DNA of 32,000 nucleotides from Vibrio cholerae ATCC 14035 (GTDB lineage Bacteria; Pseudomonadota; Gammaproteobacteria; Enterobacterales; Vibrionaceae): NCBI RefSeq assembly GCF_000621645.1, contig NZ_JHXR01000004.1, positions 210,001 to 242,000 of the forward strand, read 5' to 3'. Shown piece by piece: positions 24,801 to 32,000 of this stretch (position 1 is its first letter; each line of letters starts with the position of its first letter). The notes under the pieces were generated by a model. It saw only the letters and a program-made list of their open reading frames with translations, ran no database searches and was not told where the DNA came from. The position numbers and the translations under genes were made by a program.

Positions 24801-25757
24801 CGCAAGCTCAATGAAAGCTGCGATCTGCATGAGCTGAAAGAGAGCTTGAAAGAGAAAGTGCAAGAGACACTTTCACAAGTGGCCGATGACGATATCGAGC
24901 AGCGCGATCTGCATACGTGGTCGTTTGGTGAGCTACCGAAAGTGTACCAGCAAAAGCGTGGTGGCTTTGAAGTTAGAGCTTATCCGGCGTTAGTCGATAA
25001 GAAAGACAGCGTCGAAATCAAACTGTTTGAAACCGAGCAAGAGCAGCTTAGCGCGATGCGTGCCGGTCAGCGCCGTTTGATTTTGCTTAACGTGCCATCA
25101 CCGATCAAATATCTGCACGCCAATCTGCCGAACAAATCTAAACTCGGTTTGTACTTTAACCCGTATGGCAAAGTGCTCGATTTGATTGATGACTGCATTG
25201 CCTGCGGCGTTGATAAGCTGATTGAAGAGCGCGGCGGCATGGTGTGGGAGCCACAAGCATTTGAAGCGCTCAAAGAGCATGTGCGTGCCGAGCTTGGCGA
25301 TACAGTAGTTGAGATTGCCAAGCAGGTAGAAACCATTTTGACCACGGCTTACAACATCAATAAGCGTTTGAAAGGTAAGGTGGATTTCACGATGGCGTTT
25401 GCGCTTTCTGATGTGAAAGCACAAATCGAAGGGCTGATTTTCAGCGGCTTTGCGACTGAGTGCGGTTGGAAACGTCTGCCGGACATTCTGCGTTACATGC
25501 GCGCGATTGAACGCCGGATGGAAAAACTGCCGGTCGATCCCAACAAAGATCGTCTGCATATGCTGAAAATTGAATCGGTAGCCAACAAGTATAAAGAGCT
25601 GCTGAACAAGATCCCGAAAGGGATGGCGATTCCCGATAACGTGCGAGAAATCCGCTGGATGCTCGAAGAGTTACGCGTGAGTTATTTTGCTCAGCAATTG
25701 GGTACGCCGTATCCGGTTTCGGATAAGCGGATCATCAACGCGATTGAGGCTTGTTAG
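21828..25757 (+). CDS. hrpA: ATP-dependent RNA helicase HrpA (DEAH-box)
   Basis: About 1309 aa with Walker A (GETGSGKTTQLPK), DEAH (IIIDEAHERS), SAT (TSAT) and QRKGRCGR motifs, and a long C-terminal HrpA-specific region. Collinear with E. coli HrpA from …LIKDRFRFSKRI (E. coli …MLRDRLRFSRRL). TTG at 21828 with AGGA 6 nt upstream is preferred; the ORF-track GTG at 21780 is the alternative. Confidence 0.93.
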   Translation: MTSSQPTPDSAAQPKANSAASLKKALGECLIKDRFRFSKRIDGASKIKNESARNAVFDEIALDIAQSMMVVEQRKQQMPKIEYPALLPVSQKRDDIAQAIAHHQVVIVAGETGSGKTTQLPKICAELGRGKYGLIGHTQPRRLAARSVANRIAEEMETELGGFVGYKVRFTDQISDQTQIKLMTDGILLAEIQNDRFLNQYDTIIIDEAHERSLNIDFILGYLKQLLPRRPDLKVIITSATIDPERFSKHFSNAPIIEVSGRTYPVEVRYRPLTGDDDSESDRDQLEGIFQAVDELCDEGLGDILIFMNGEREIRDTADALSKRNLRDTEIVPLYARLSAGEQNKIFQPHAGRRIVLATNVAETSLTVPGIKYVIDPGTARISRYSYRTKVQRLPIEPISQASANQRKGRCGRTEEGICIRLYSEEDFLSRPEFTDPEILRTNLASVILQMTALGLGDIEAFPFVEAPDKRNIQDGVRLLEELGAINDQIKDPKKRLTESGKQLARLPIDPRLARMVLEASKLGCLKEVMIIASALSIQDPRERPSDKQQSADDKHRRFNHEDSDFLTLVNLWHYIGQQQKALTSNQFRRQCKLDYLNYLRVREWQDVYTQLHQSTREMGFKLNDEPGSYHAVHSAILVGLLSHIGMKDQEKNEYHGARNARFNIFPASGLFKKQPKWVMSAELVETSKLWARVVAKIEPDWIEPLAKHLSKRSYSEPHWSKKNAAVMAYEKVMLYGIPIVPKRLVNYGTIDPVLSREIFIRSALVEGDWETKHAFFKQNRALLAEVEELEHKSRRRDILVDDEELFQFYDQRVGTEVVSGRHFDAWWKTASRKTPDLLSFEKEMLFKGDASHITDLDYPNFWHQGNLKLKLSYQFEPGENSDGVTVHIPLPILNQVEPHGFDWQIPGLRHELVVSLIKSLPKTLRKNFVPAPNYADAFLARVTPFEMPLLDAMEKELRRMTGVTVLREDWKLDQLPAHLKITYRAVDHRNRKLNESCDLHELKESLKEKVQETLSQVADDDIEQRDLHTWSFGELPKVYQQKRGGFEVRAYPALVDKKDSVEIKLFETEQEQLSAMRAGQRRLILLNVPSPIKYLHANLPNKSKLGLYFNPYGKVLDLIDDCIACGVDKLIEERGGMVWEPQAFEALKEHVRAELGDTVVEIAKQVETILTTAYNINKRLKGKVDFTMAFALSDVKAQIEGLIFSGFATECGWKRLPDILRYMRAIERRMEKLPVDPNKDRLHMLKIESVANKYKELLNKIPKGMAIPDNVREIRWMLEELRVSYFAQQLGTPYPVSDKRIINAIEAC

Positions 25758-25765
25758 TCATGAAG

Positions 25766-25808
25766 GCAAATTTCGTGGCACTCGATAATAAATAGGTACG
25801 AAATTTGC
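25766..25808 (+). other. 11-bp perfect inverted repeat downstream of hrpA
   Basis: gcaaatttcgt (25766-25776) / acgaaatttgc (25798-25808) with a 21-nt loop, followed by uuaac. Either a poor terminator or a protein-binding palindrome. Confidence 0.35.
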
Positions 25809-25896
25809 TTAACAAGCTGAGATGACGGAATTTGCACTCAATGTGGCAACGACTGGCCGCCGTCAACGTTGCCCCACTATTTAAAGAAGGTTAATT

Positions 25897-26379
25897 ATGA
25901 AAAAGACATTACTTGCTCTGGCATTACTGGGTGCCTCTTCAACCGCGATGGCGGATTCATGGATCTATGGCGGTGCGTCAGTAGGTCAATCGGATTATGA
26001 AGGCAAACATGGTACGGCTTACTCTGTGCATGCTGGCACAGGTATTCTGCCATTCATTGGTTTAGAAGCGGGTTACGTGAACCACGGTGACTTTGAAATC
26101 AATGCAACTCAAGAGCTGTCAGCCTCTTCTCTTTACTTTGCAGTGAAACCAAGCATGGATTTCGGCCCTCTGCACGTTTACGCTAAAGGCGGCCTGCACT
26201 CATGGGATAAAGACATCAACGGTGGCAAAATCGATGATGGTATCGACGTGATGTACGGCATCGGTGCCGAATACTTCATCATAGGGCCATTCTCAGTAGG
26301 CGCAAGCTACATGAACTACACCATGGATAGCACAGACGTTGGCACGCTCTCATTCAATGCGACGTTCCACTTCTTGTAA
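25897..26379 (+). CDS. Small outer-membrane beta-barrel protein (OmpX/OmpA-TM-like, about 8 strands)
   Basis: 160 aa with signal peptide MKKTLLALALLGASSTAMA/D. Alternating aromatic/aliphatic beta-strand pattern (GAEYFI, SVGASYMNY, LSFNATFHF) with an aromatic C-terminus. GAAGG ribosome-binding site. Confidence 0.8.
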   Translation: MKKTLLALALLGASSTAMADSWIYGGASVGQSDYEGKHGTAYSVHAGTGILPFIGLEAGYVNHGDFEINATQELSASSLYFAVKPSMDFGPLHVYAKGGLHSWDKDINGGKIDDGIDVMYGIGAEYFIIGPFSVGASYMNYTMDSTDVGTLSFNATFHFL

Positions 26380-26401
26380 GATTTGCTTTAATCGCAATGC
26401 T

Positions 26402-26427
26402 AAAGCCAGCGTCATGCTGGCTTTTTC
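26402..26427 (+). terminator. Rho-independent terminator of the OMP gene
   Basis: Perfect 9-bp stem aaagccagc / gctggcttt with a 5-nt loop, running into a T5 tract. Confidence 0.8.
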
Positions 26428-26541
26428 ATGTCTGCTGTTCCAAGTAATGGCATAGCGATGACCTGAATCTGGGAAGGGGCTTTAGGTGAGGGCGCGCCGT
26501 GAGTGAGTATCAAAAACAACAATTTCTTCTAGAGATAAGAG

Positions 26542-26572
26542 AAGGCTTGCGATAGGATCGCCGGCCTTTTTT
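26542..26572 (+). terminator. Terminator-like hairpin plus U tract 24 nt upstream of the yegD start (attenuator or sRNA 3' end?)
   Basis: aaggcuu-gcgau-agg-aucgc-cggccuu gives about 11 bp with one mismatch and one G-U pair, followed by T6 (26567-26572). The yegD AGGAG ribosome-binding site follows at 26584-26588. Confidence 0.45.
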
Positions 26573-26595
26573 CGCTTAAGAGTAGGAGTGGGTAG

Positions 26596-27948
26596 ATGTT
26601 TATTGGATTTGACTATGGTACGGCCAACTGCTCGGTAGCGAGCATGCAGGATGGCAGGCCTGTGCTGATCCCACTTGAAGGTGACAGCCTCTATATTCCT
26701 TCGACACTCGCCGCGCCCACGCGTGAGTCGGTGTCTGAACATCTATTTCGCCATCGTCACATTGCCCCAGCGGATGCACTCGGTGAGCAACTTCTGCGTC
26801 GTTCGGTGGCGTCTAATCGTGAAGAAGGCATTGATTTACAGTTTGCTGATGTGGTGTTTGGTCAGGCGGCGCTTGATCTCTATCTCTCCGATCCCCATGA
26901 AGTGTATTACGTGAAATCGCCCAAATCCTTTTTGGGGGCGATGGGGTTACACGACATTCAACTGAGCTTTTTTGAAGATCTGGTGTGCGCCATGATGGCC
27001 AACATCAAAGCACAAGCAGAAGCTCACTCCGATGCAGTGATTCAGGATGCGGTGATTGGTCGTCCGGTCAATTTTCATGGTCGGGGCGGGGAGGACTCTA
27101 ACCAGCAAGCGGAAAATATTTTGCGCCGTGCGGCCACTCGCGCTGGTTTTCGTCATCTTGAGTTTCAGTTTGAGCCTGTCGCTGCTGGGCTAGAATACGA
27201 AGCCACACTGACCGAAGACAAAACCGTGTTAGTAGTGGACATTGGCGGCGGTACCACCGACTGCTCACTTATTCAAATGGGGCCATCATGGCGCGGCAAA
27301 GCGGATCGCACGCAAAGTCTGATTGCGCATACAGGTCAGCGCGTAGGCGGTAACGATCTCGATATTCATCTCGCTTTCAAAGCCCTGATGACGCCCTTTG
27401 GTTTTGGCACTCAAACGCAAAGCGGGCTAGACATGCCGATCACCCAATTTTGGAATCCGATTGCGATTAACGATGTGAGTGCGCAAGCCAAATTCTTTTC
27501 CCGTGAAAATTTGGCCGATTTAAAACGCCTGCACAAAGAGGCGCGTGAGCCGGAAAAACTGGCGCGACTTCTGGCGGTCTATCACGATACTTTGGGTTAC
27601 AGCCTTGTCAAAAAAGCCGAAGAGGCGAAGATTGCGCTCTCTGACACGGCGCGAGCGATTGCGCAAATCAAAGTGCTATCCGAACTGCTAGAAGTTGAAA
27701 TTCAACGCGAAGCGATGATCGAAGCGATTGACGTGCCCAAGACCAAAATGATTGAGTTGGTGACAGAAGCGGTGACGCTCGGCGGCGTGACGCCGGATGT
27801 GATCTTTATGACCGGCGGTAGCGCGCGTTCACCGATTTTACGGGCTGGTGTTGAGCAAGCTCTGCCTAACGTGCCTATCGTCAGTGGTAACTACTTTGGT
27901 TCGGTTACGGCGGGTCTGGCGCGCTGGGCACAGGTCTGTTTTCGCTGA
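26596..27948 (+). CDS. yegD: Hsp70-superfamily protein YegD
   Basis: 450 aa, the same length as E. coli YegD and near-collinear with it as I recall it (MFIGFDYGTANCSVA…, VKSPKSFLGA, FEDLVCAMM, LVVDIGGGTTDCSL, REPEK, GGSARSP, FGSVTAGLARWA). Confidence 0.9.
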   Translation: MFIGFDYGTANCSVASMQDGRPVLIPLEGDSLYIPSTLAAPTRESVSEHLFRHRHIAPADALGEQLLRRSVASNREEGIDLQFADVVFGQAALDLYLSDPHEVYYVKSPKSFLGAMGLHDIQLSFFEDLVCAMMANIKAQAEAHSDAVIQDAVIGRPVNFHGRGGEDSNQQAENILRRAATRAGFRHLEFQFEPVAAGLEYEATLTEDKTVLVVDIGGGTTDCSLIQMGPSWRGKADRTQSLIAHTGQRVGGNDLDIHLAFKALMTPFGFGTQTQSGLDMPITQFWNPIAINDVSAQAKFFSRENLADLKRLHKEAREPEKLARLLAVYHDTLGYSLVKKAEEAKIALSDTARAIAQIKVLSELLEVEIQREAMIEAIDVPKTKMIELVTEAVTLGGVTPDVIFMTGGSARSPILRAGVEQALPNVPIVSGNYFGSVTAGLARWAQVCFR

Positions 27949-27955
27949 TCATCTT

Positions 27956-27979
27956 AAGCCTTCTTCGGAAGGCTTTTTT
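27956..27979 (+). terminator. Rho-independent terminator of yegD
   Basis: aagccuuc-uucg-gaaggcuu: an 8-bp stem with a UUCG loop, followed by T6. Confidence 0.85.
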
Positions 27980-28072
27980 GTGTGGCGAATTTATTGAAAG
28001 CAAGGGGTTTGGCTATCTGCGCAGAATTGCGTAACATGGCGCATCTTTTCTATTGCTTGGTACGCAACAACC

Positions 28073-29089
28073 ATGACTAAGACTCGCATTCTGCTCTCTG
28101 ATTCTACGGACCCTTGGTTTAACCTCGCCGTCGAAGACACGATTTTTCGTTCTATGCCCGCCGATCAGCGTGTGCTGTTTTTGTGGCGTAACGCCGATAC
28201 CGTCGTGATTGGTCGTGCGCAAAACCCGTGGCGCGAATGCAAAACGGATCGTATGGAGCAGGACAAAGTGAAACTCGCACGTCGTCAGACTGGGGGCGGG
28301 GCAGTTTTCCATGATTTGGGCAATACCAACTTCACCTTTATGGCGGGTAAACCGGAGTACGATAAAGAGGTCTCAACCAAGATTGTGTTGGCGGGGCTGC
28401 AAAAGTTGGGGATTCATGGGGTCGCCAACGGGCGCAATGATCTGGTACTGGAAGATGAACAGGGTATTCGTAAGTTTTCCGGTTCTGCTTATCGCGAAAC
28501 GCTGGATCGCGGATTTCACCACGGCACGCTGCTGCTGAGTGCCGATCTCAACCGTTTAGCCGATTACCTCAATCCCGATCTTAAAAAGCTGCAAGCGAAA
28601 GGCATAACCTCGGTGAAATCGCGAGTCATCAACCTCAACACGGTTAAAGCGGATATTGAGCACCAACAAGTGTGTGAAGCGATCATGCAAGCCTATTGCG
28701 AACATTACCAACAGCAGGTTGAGCCTGAGTTGATCTCGCCGCAGTCGTTTTTTGATTTGCCGGGATTTGAGCAAAAATTCGCTCAGCAAAGCAGTTGGGA
28801 TTGGAACTTCGGACAAACGCCACCTTTTACTCACCACATGGATGAACGATTTAGCTGGGGTGGCGTCGAGGTGTATCTTGAAGTTGAGCGCGGCACGATT
28901 GTGCAAGCCACGATTTTCAGCGACATGCTGGACCCTTATCCGATGGAGCAATTGGCGCTGCGTTTAAGCGGGCTCACCTACAACAAAACGGCGCTTGAAC
29001 CGTGCCTTGCCCAATTGATGCAGGAATTGCCACAATACCAATTGCCTCTAGAAGAGTTTCAGCGCTGGTTCATCGACCAGATTGATTGA
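28073..29089 (+). CDS. lplA: Lipoate-protein ligase A
   Basis: 338 aa, collinear with E. coli LplA ([99 protein letters not shown]). Confidence 0.95.
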   Translation: MTKTRILLSDSTDPWFNLAVEDTIFRSMPADQRVLFLWRNADTVVIGRAQNPWRECKTDRMEQDKVKLARRQTGGGAVFHDLGNTNFTFMAGKPEYDKEVSTKIVLAGLQKLGIHGVANGRNDLVLEDEQGIRKFSGSAYRETLDRGFHHGTLLLSADLNRLADYLNPDLKKLQAKGITSVKSRVINLNTVKADIEHQQVCEAIMQAYCEHYQQQVEPELISPQSFFDLPGFEQKFAQQSSWDWNFGQTPPFTHHMDERFSWGGVEVYLEVERGTIVQATIFSDMLDPYPMEQLALRLSGLTYNKTALEPCLAQLMQELPQYQLPLEEFQRWFIDQID

Positions 29090-29324
29090 GCCTCACCTGT
29101 ACGTTTTTGTAACCGCGCTCCTGCTTATCATTTCCTATTCTCGATTCCCTCCTCACTCAGAGGAGGGGCTCACCAAGCGTATTCACAAAGTATGTTGCCC
29201 TGATTTCTTTCTTGTTCTCTTTTGCTCTCTCTTACGATTCCCAAATCATAACAAGCGGTGAGCCAATCAGACGCAACGTTCGTATATCTTCAAATTGAAT
29301 AACTGACGTGATACTCGGTGTAGG

Positions 29325-29504
29325 GTGACTTCGCATAAAAAAGCCTATTTGGCGCAGAAAATTTGTCCTGTCTGTCAGCGGCCTTTTGCTTGGCGTAAAA
29401 AATGGCAGCAGTGTTGGGATGAAGTCAAATATTGTTCGGAGCGCTGCCGGCGTCATCGTTCATCACAGTCGCTTGGTGCTGTTAAGGCTGATGCCAATAA
29501 CTGA
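29325..29504 (+). CDS. Small Cys-rich DUF2256-like protein (59 aa), absent from the ORF track
   Basis: Manual translation gives [59 protein letters not shown]. The pattern CPxCxRPFxWRKKW…W…V.YCSxxCR is what I recall as the DUF2256 signature. GTG at 29325 is the only start after the upstream in-frame stop at 29304-29306, and its ribosome-binding site is weak. The 3' end overlaps the convergent LysR gene by 23 bp. Confidence 0.6.
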   Translation: MTSHKKAYLAQKICPVCQRPFAWRKKWQQCWDEVKYCSERCRRHRSSQSLGAVKADANN

Positions 29505-30399
29505 ATGCGACACGTGACCAGTGCGTCATGATGTAATCAATCAGGGCTTGAGTGCGCTCAGGTAAAAAACGGCGCTGCGGATGGAGCAGATACACATCTG
29601 CGCCTTCAATTTCCCACTCGGGGAGCAGCTCGATGAGCTGACCGCTACGCAGGAGTGGCTCCATTAATCCTCTTGGTAAGCGGGCGATGCCCATGCCTTG
29701 TAAGGTGGCTTGCACTATCGTGTCCAGCTCGTCGGAGCACAAACGCGCCGTCGGAATAAATTGCACTTTTTGCGCGACGCTGTGGTGATGAAAAATCCAC
29801 GGCAGCTTGTGGTTGAGACTGAGTAGGGGATGCTCTTTTAACTGCTCGGGATGCGCTAAGGTAAGCGTTACTGTGCTGAGTTTGGCAGCAAGCTCAGCAC
29901 TGGCACAGAGTACGGAAGGGTTACGCGCCAGTTTACGCGCTACCCAGTCGGACTCCGGCTGTGGGCCAAAACGCAGCGCGATATCCAGATCCCGCTGGCT
30001 GAAATAGTCGAGCCCTGAGCCAACTTGCATGCGCAGTGTGACATTCGGATGCAGCTCGGCAAACTCCAGCGCCAAAGGGGTTAATTGGTGGCGCAGAGGT
30101 AACACGGGTGCACTTATCGCGATTTCGCCGCGGTAATCTCGTTTCGCTTGCTCGACCTCTTCTTGTTTGCGCTCAATTTGGGCAAACAGCTCGGCGTAGC
30201 TGTGAAATAGCTGTTCACCTTCTTTGGTCAGTACCAACTCTTTACTGTTGCGGATCAGCAAAATGCTGCCCGTATCTTGTTCAAGTTGCTGAATACGGCG
30301 GCTCAGCGTGCTGGTAGACATCGATTTCTGTTTCGCTGCTAAGGCAAAACTGCCACAACGCACCACGGTTAAAAACAGCGCCAAATCATCAAGTTTCAT
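29482..30399 (-). CDS. LysR-family transcriptional regulator
   Basis: N-terminal wHTH ([40 protein letters not shown]) and a C-terminal LysR substrate-binding fold. The start at 30399 fits the family N-terminus better than the 11-codon-longer ORF. Divergent from the MFS gene. Confidence 0.88.
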   Translation of the reverse strand: MKLDDLALFLTVVRCGSFALAAKQKSMSTSTLSRRIQQLEQDTGSILLIRNSKELVLTKEGEQLFHSYAELFAQIERKQEEVEQAKRDYRGEIAISAPVLPLRHQLTPLALEFAELHPNVTLRMQVGSGLDYFSQRDLDIALRFGPQPESDWVARKLARNPSVLCASAELAAKLSTVTLTLAHPEQLKEHPLLSLNHKLPWIFHHHSVAQKVQFIPTARLCSDELDTIVQATLQGMGIARLPRGLMEPLLRSGQLIELLPEWEIEGADVYLLHPQRRFLPERTQALIDYIMTHWSRVAFSYWHQP

Positions 30400-30451
30400 C
30401 GGTAATCCCATTTTTGCAATTTCGCGTCCCATTCTATCCTATTTTCGGATG

Positions 30452-30480
30452 GCTGTGATTTGGTTATCTTGTGCCACAGC
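30452..30480. promoter_or_regulatory. Candidate LysR operator in the divergent intergenic region
   Basis: Inverted repeat gctgtg (30452-30457) / cacagc (30475-30480) flanks an AT-rich 17-bp core, between the LysR gene (start 30399) and the MFS gene (start 30519). Confidence 0.3.
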
Positions 30481-30518
30481 AAATCCATTCCCTTTGACTT
30501 TATCTTGAAAGAGAGCTC

Positions 30519-31925
30519 ATGCATTTTGATCCTATTCCCGCTGCCGATGCCCCTCATCCGCGAATTATTTTTGCTAGCGTTGCGCTAGTGATTGCCCTTG
30601 GTTCACTAGAAAAAAGCATAGTGACCACACCGCTGGCCTTGATTGGGCAAGATCTCTCGGCGGGAACCGCCTTAACTTGGGTGATCACCGCCTACTTACT
30701 CGCCGCCACAGCCGTATTGCCTGTGTATGGCAAATTGAGCGATCTGTTTGGGCGTGTACGCATGCTCAATATCAGCATCGGTATTTTTATTGTTGGCTCA
30801 GCGATGTGTACCTTTGCCGTTGACTTACCAACCCTGATTGGGGCGCGAGTGGTGCAGGGAATTGGCGGCGGTGGTTTGATTGCTTTGGCGTTCACCGTGA
30901 TTGCTGATTCCATTCCGGCGCGTGAAGTCGGCAAATACCAAGGCTATATTTCGGCGGTGTATGCGGTTTCCAGTGTCGCTGGCCCCTTGCTTGGCGGCTA
31001 TTTTGCCGATCACCTCAGTTGGCGCTGGGTGTTTGGCATTAATTTACCGCTGGGAATGGTGGCTCTGTATATGGTCAACCGCCATCTCAGACACCTTAAC
31101 CAAAAACGTCACAGTCGATTTGACTGGCTGGGCGCTGGGCTTTTAATGCTCACCACAACTTTGCTGCTGCTTCAGCTTTCCTCACACTCCTTTTTGCCTG
31201 CGGGGTGGGGAGCTTTTGCTCTGTTACTCTGCTTGGTGCTGTTAATCCTTGTGGAAAGACAGGTGAGTGACCCGATTTTGCCTGCGCGTTTGGCACGCTT
31301 ACCCAGTTACCTGACCGCGATTGGTCTAATCATGGCCTCACAAATGTTGATGTTCGCGCTTTTGGTTTATATGCCGCTGCAATTGCAGTGGCAGAAAGGC
31401 TTTTCACCGTCGCAAAGTGGCACCGTGATGGTGATTTTCATGTTCAGTATCACCACCGGAGCTTATCTTGGTGGCAAATGGGTGGCTCGCTCAGGGCGAT
31501 ATAAAGCGCTGGTGGTGAGCGGTTTTCTGCTTGCTGCCGTCGCCATCTGGCAGATTCACTACGATTTGTGGGTTCATCTCTCGCTAGGTATTGGCGGCCT
31601 TGGGCTTGGTTTCACTCTGCCTTCTCTTAATGTGGTGGTACAGAGTGTGTTGCCTGCCCGTGATAGGGGTATTGGCATGTCACTGTTTAACTTTGGTCGT
31701 GAGCTTGGCGGCGCACTCGGGGTGGCGTTCTGTTCTGCGCTGTTTTATCTGCGTGTGCCGCAAAGTGTCACGGTAAGTGAGCATGGCAGCCAAGCCTCAT
31801 CAGTAACGCCTGATGTGCTCGCCCAAGGTTTTAGTTTGGTGTACATCGGCATGAGTGCGTTGGCGGTTGTGGCGATGATACTGACCGCTTGGCGTTTACG
31901 TAAAGATGCGCTGAAAGGGCACTAG
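30519..31925 (+). CDS. MFS transporter, probably a DHA2 (EmrB/QacA-like, 14-TMS) efflux pump
   Basis: 468 aa and highly hydrophobic with about 14 helices. Carries an MFS motif-A-like [12 protein letters not shown] and motif-C-like [12 protein letters not shown]. Divergently paired with the LysR regulator. Confidence 0.85.
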   Translation: MHFDPIPAADAPHPRIIFASVALVIALGSLEKSIVTTPLALIGQDLSAGTALTWVITAYLLAATAVLPVYGKLSDLFGRVRMLNISIGIFIVGSAMCTFAVDLPTLIGARVVQGIGGGGLIALAFTVIADSIPAREVGKYQGYISAVYAVSSVAGPLLGGYFADHLSWRWVFGINLPLGMVALYMVNRHLRHLNQKRHSRFDWLGAGLLMLTTTLLLLQLSSHSFLPAGWGAFALLLCLVLLILVERQVSDPILPARLARLPSYLTAIGLIMASQMLMFALLVYMPLQLQWQKGFSPSQSGTVMVIFMFSITTGAYLGGKWVARSGRYKALVVSGFLLAAVAIWQIHYDLWVHLSLGIGGLGLGFTLPSLNVVVQSVLPARDRGIGMSLFNFGRELGGALGVAFCSALFYLRVPQSVTVSEHGSQASSVTPDVLAQGFSLVYIGMSALAVVAMILTAWRLRKDALKGH

Positions 31926-32000
31926 CCTCTCTCTGTGTTCAATAGAAAATAAGGTGATAAATAGAAAACTCGGTAATAGGCAGAAAGTGAGGTAATAGAA

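Noticed and set aside
21863-25559. Numerous 60-150-aa ORFs on the minus strand and in alternative frames within hrpA
   Set aside because: All lie inside a gene with unambiguous helicase motifs and end-to-end homology. They have low-complexity or Ser/Arg-rich shadow-ORF composition.
29147-29167. Perfect 8-bp hairpin ccctcctc / gaggaggg downstream of lplA, considered as a terminator
   Set aside because: No U tract follows on either strand, and it lies 58 nt past the stop. It may still be a structural RNA element, but I cannot call it a terminator.
29232-29456. 74-aa minus-strand ORF from the ORF track
   Set aside because: It lies antisense to the DUF2256-like reading frame, which has a recognisable conserved Cys pattern. 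The minus ORF has no motif and no obvious ribosome-binding site, so it is most likely a shadow ORF.
1-32000. Mobile elements, CRISPR arrays, integron attC/VCR-like repeats, tRNA or rRNA genes, toxin-antitoxin pairs
   Set aside because: I found no long direct or inverted terminal repeats, no transposase, integrase or recombinase motifs in any listed ORF, no regularly spaced repeats, and no obvious compositional break. This rests on visual inspection, so short or degenerate elements could have been missed.

Overview
This looks like an ordinary gammaproteobacterial chromosomal region of about 47% GC. Gene order and protein sequences look like Vibrio, probably V. cholerae chromosome I. That assignment is from memory, not from a search. 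I saw no rRNA, tRNA, CRISPR array, IS element, integrase or prophage signature.

Recognisable housekeeping genes:
- an AapJ-type amino-acid binding protein
- a truncated CysG-like protein
- a Cof-type phosphatase
- queE and queC
- hrpA
- a small outer-membrane beta-barrel protein
- yegD
- lplA
- a 59-aa DUF2256-like gene below the ORF-track cutoff
- a divergent LysR regulator / MFS transporter pair

Two themes stand out.

1. Four GGDEF-only proteins lie within about 15 kb, each with a different sensor module:
- periplasmic TPR, with a degenerate GDDEF motif
- HAMP, start-stop overlapped with an orphan SsuA/NMT1-like binding protein
- a polytopic membrane domain
- CHASE, followed 17 nt later by a DEDDh exonuclease

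2. A minus-strand three-gene operon (12397-17811) encodes a membrane-anchored DUF2760-like protein and two paralogous non-canonical Hsp70-like ATPases. The longer ATPase carries a Trp-rich C-terminal extension. No J-domain or GrpE partner is present. This is the best candidate for an uncharacterised system.

In this sequence two of the three operon genes are disrupted. One has a TGG-to-TGA change at a Trp conserved in its in-window paralog. The other has a 1-nt frameshift in an A5 tract inside a repeat-encoding linker.
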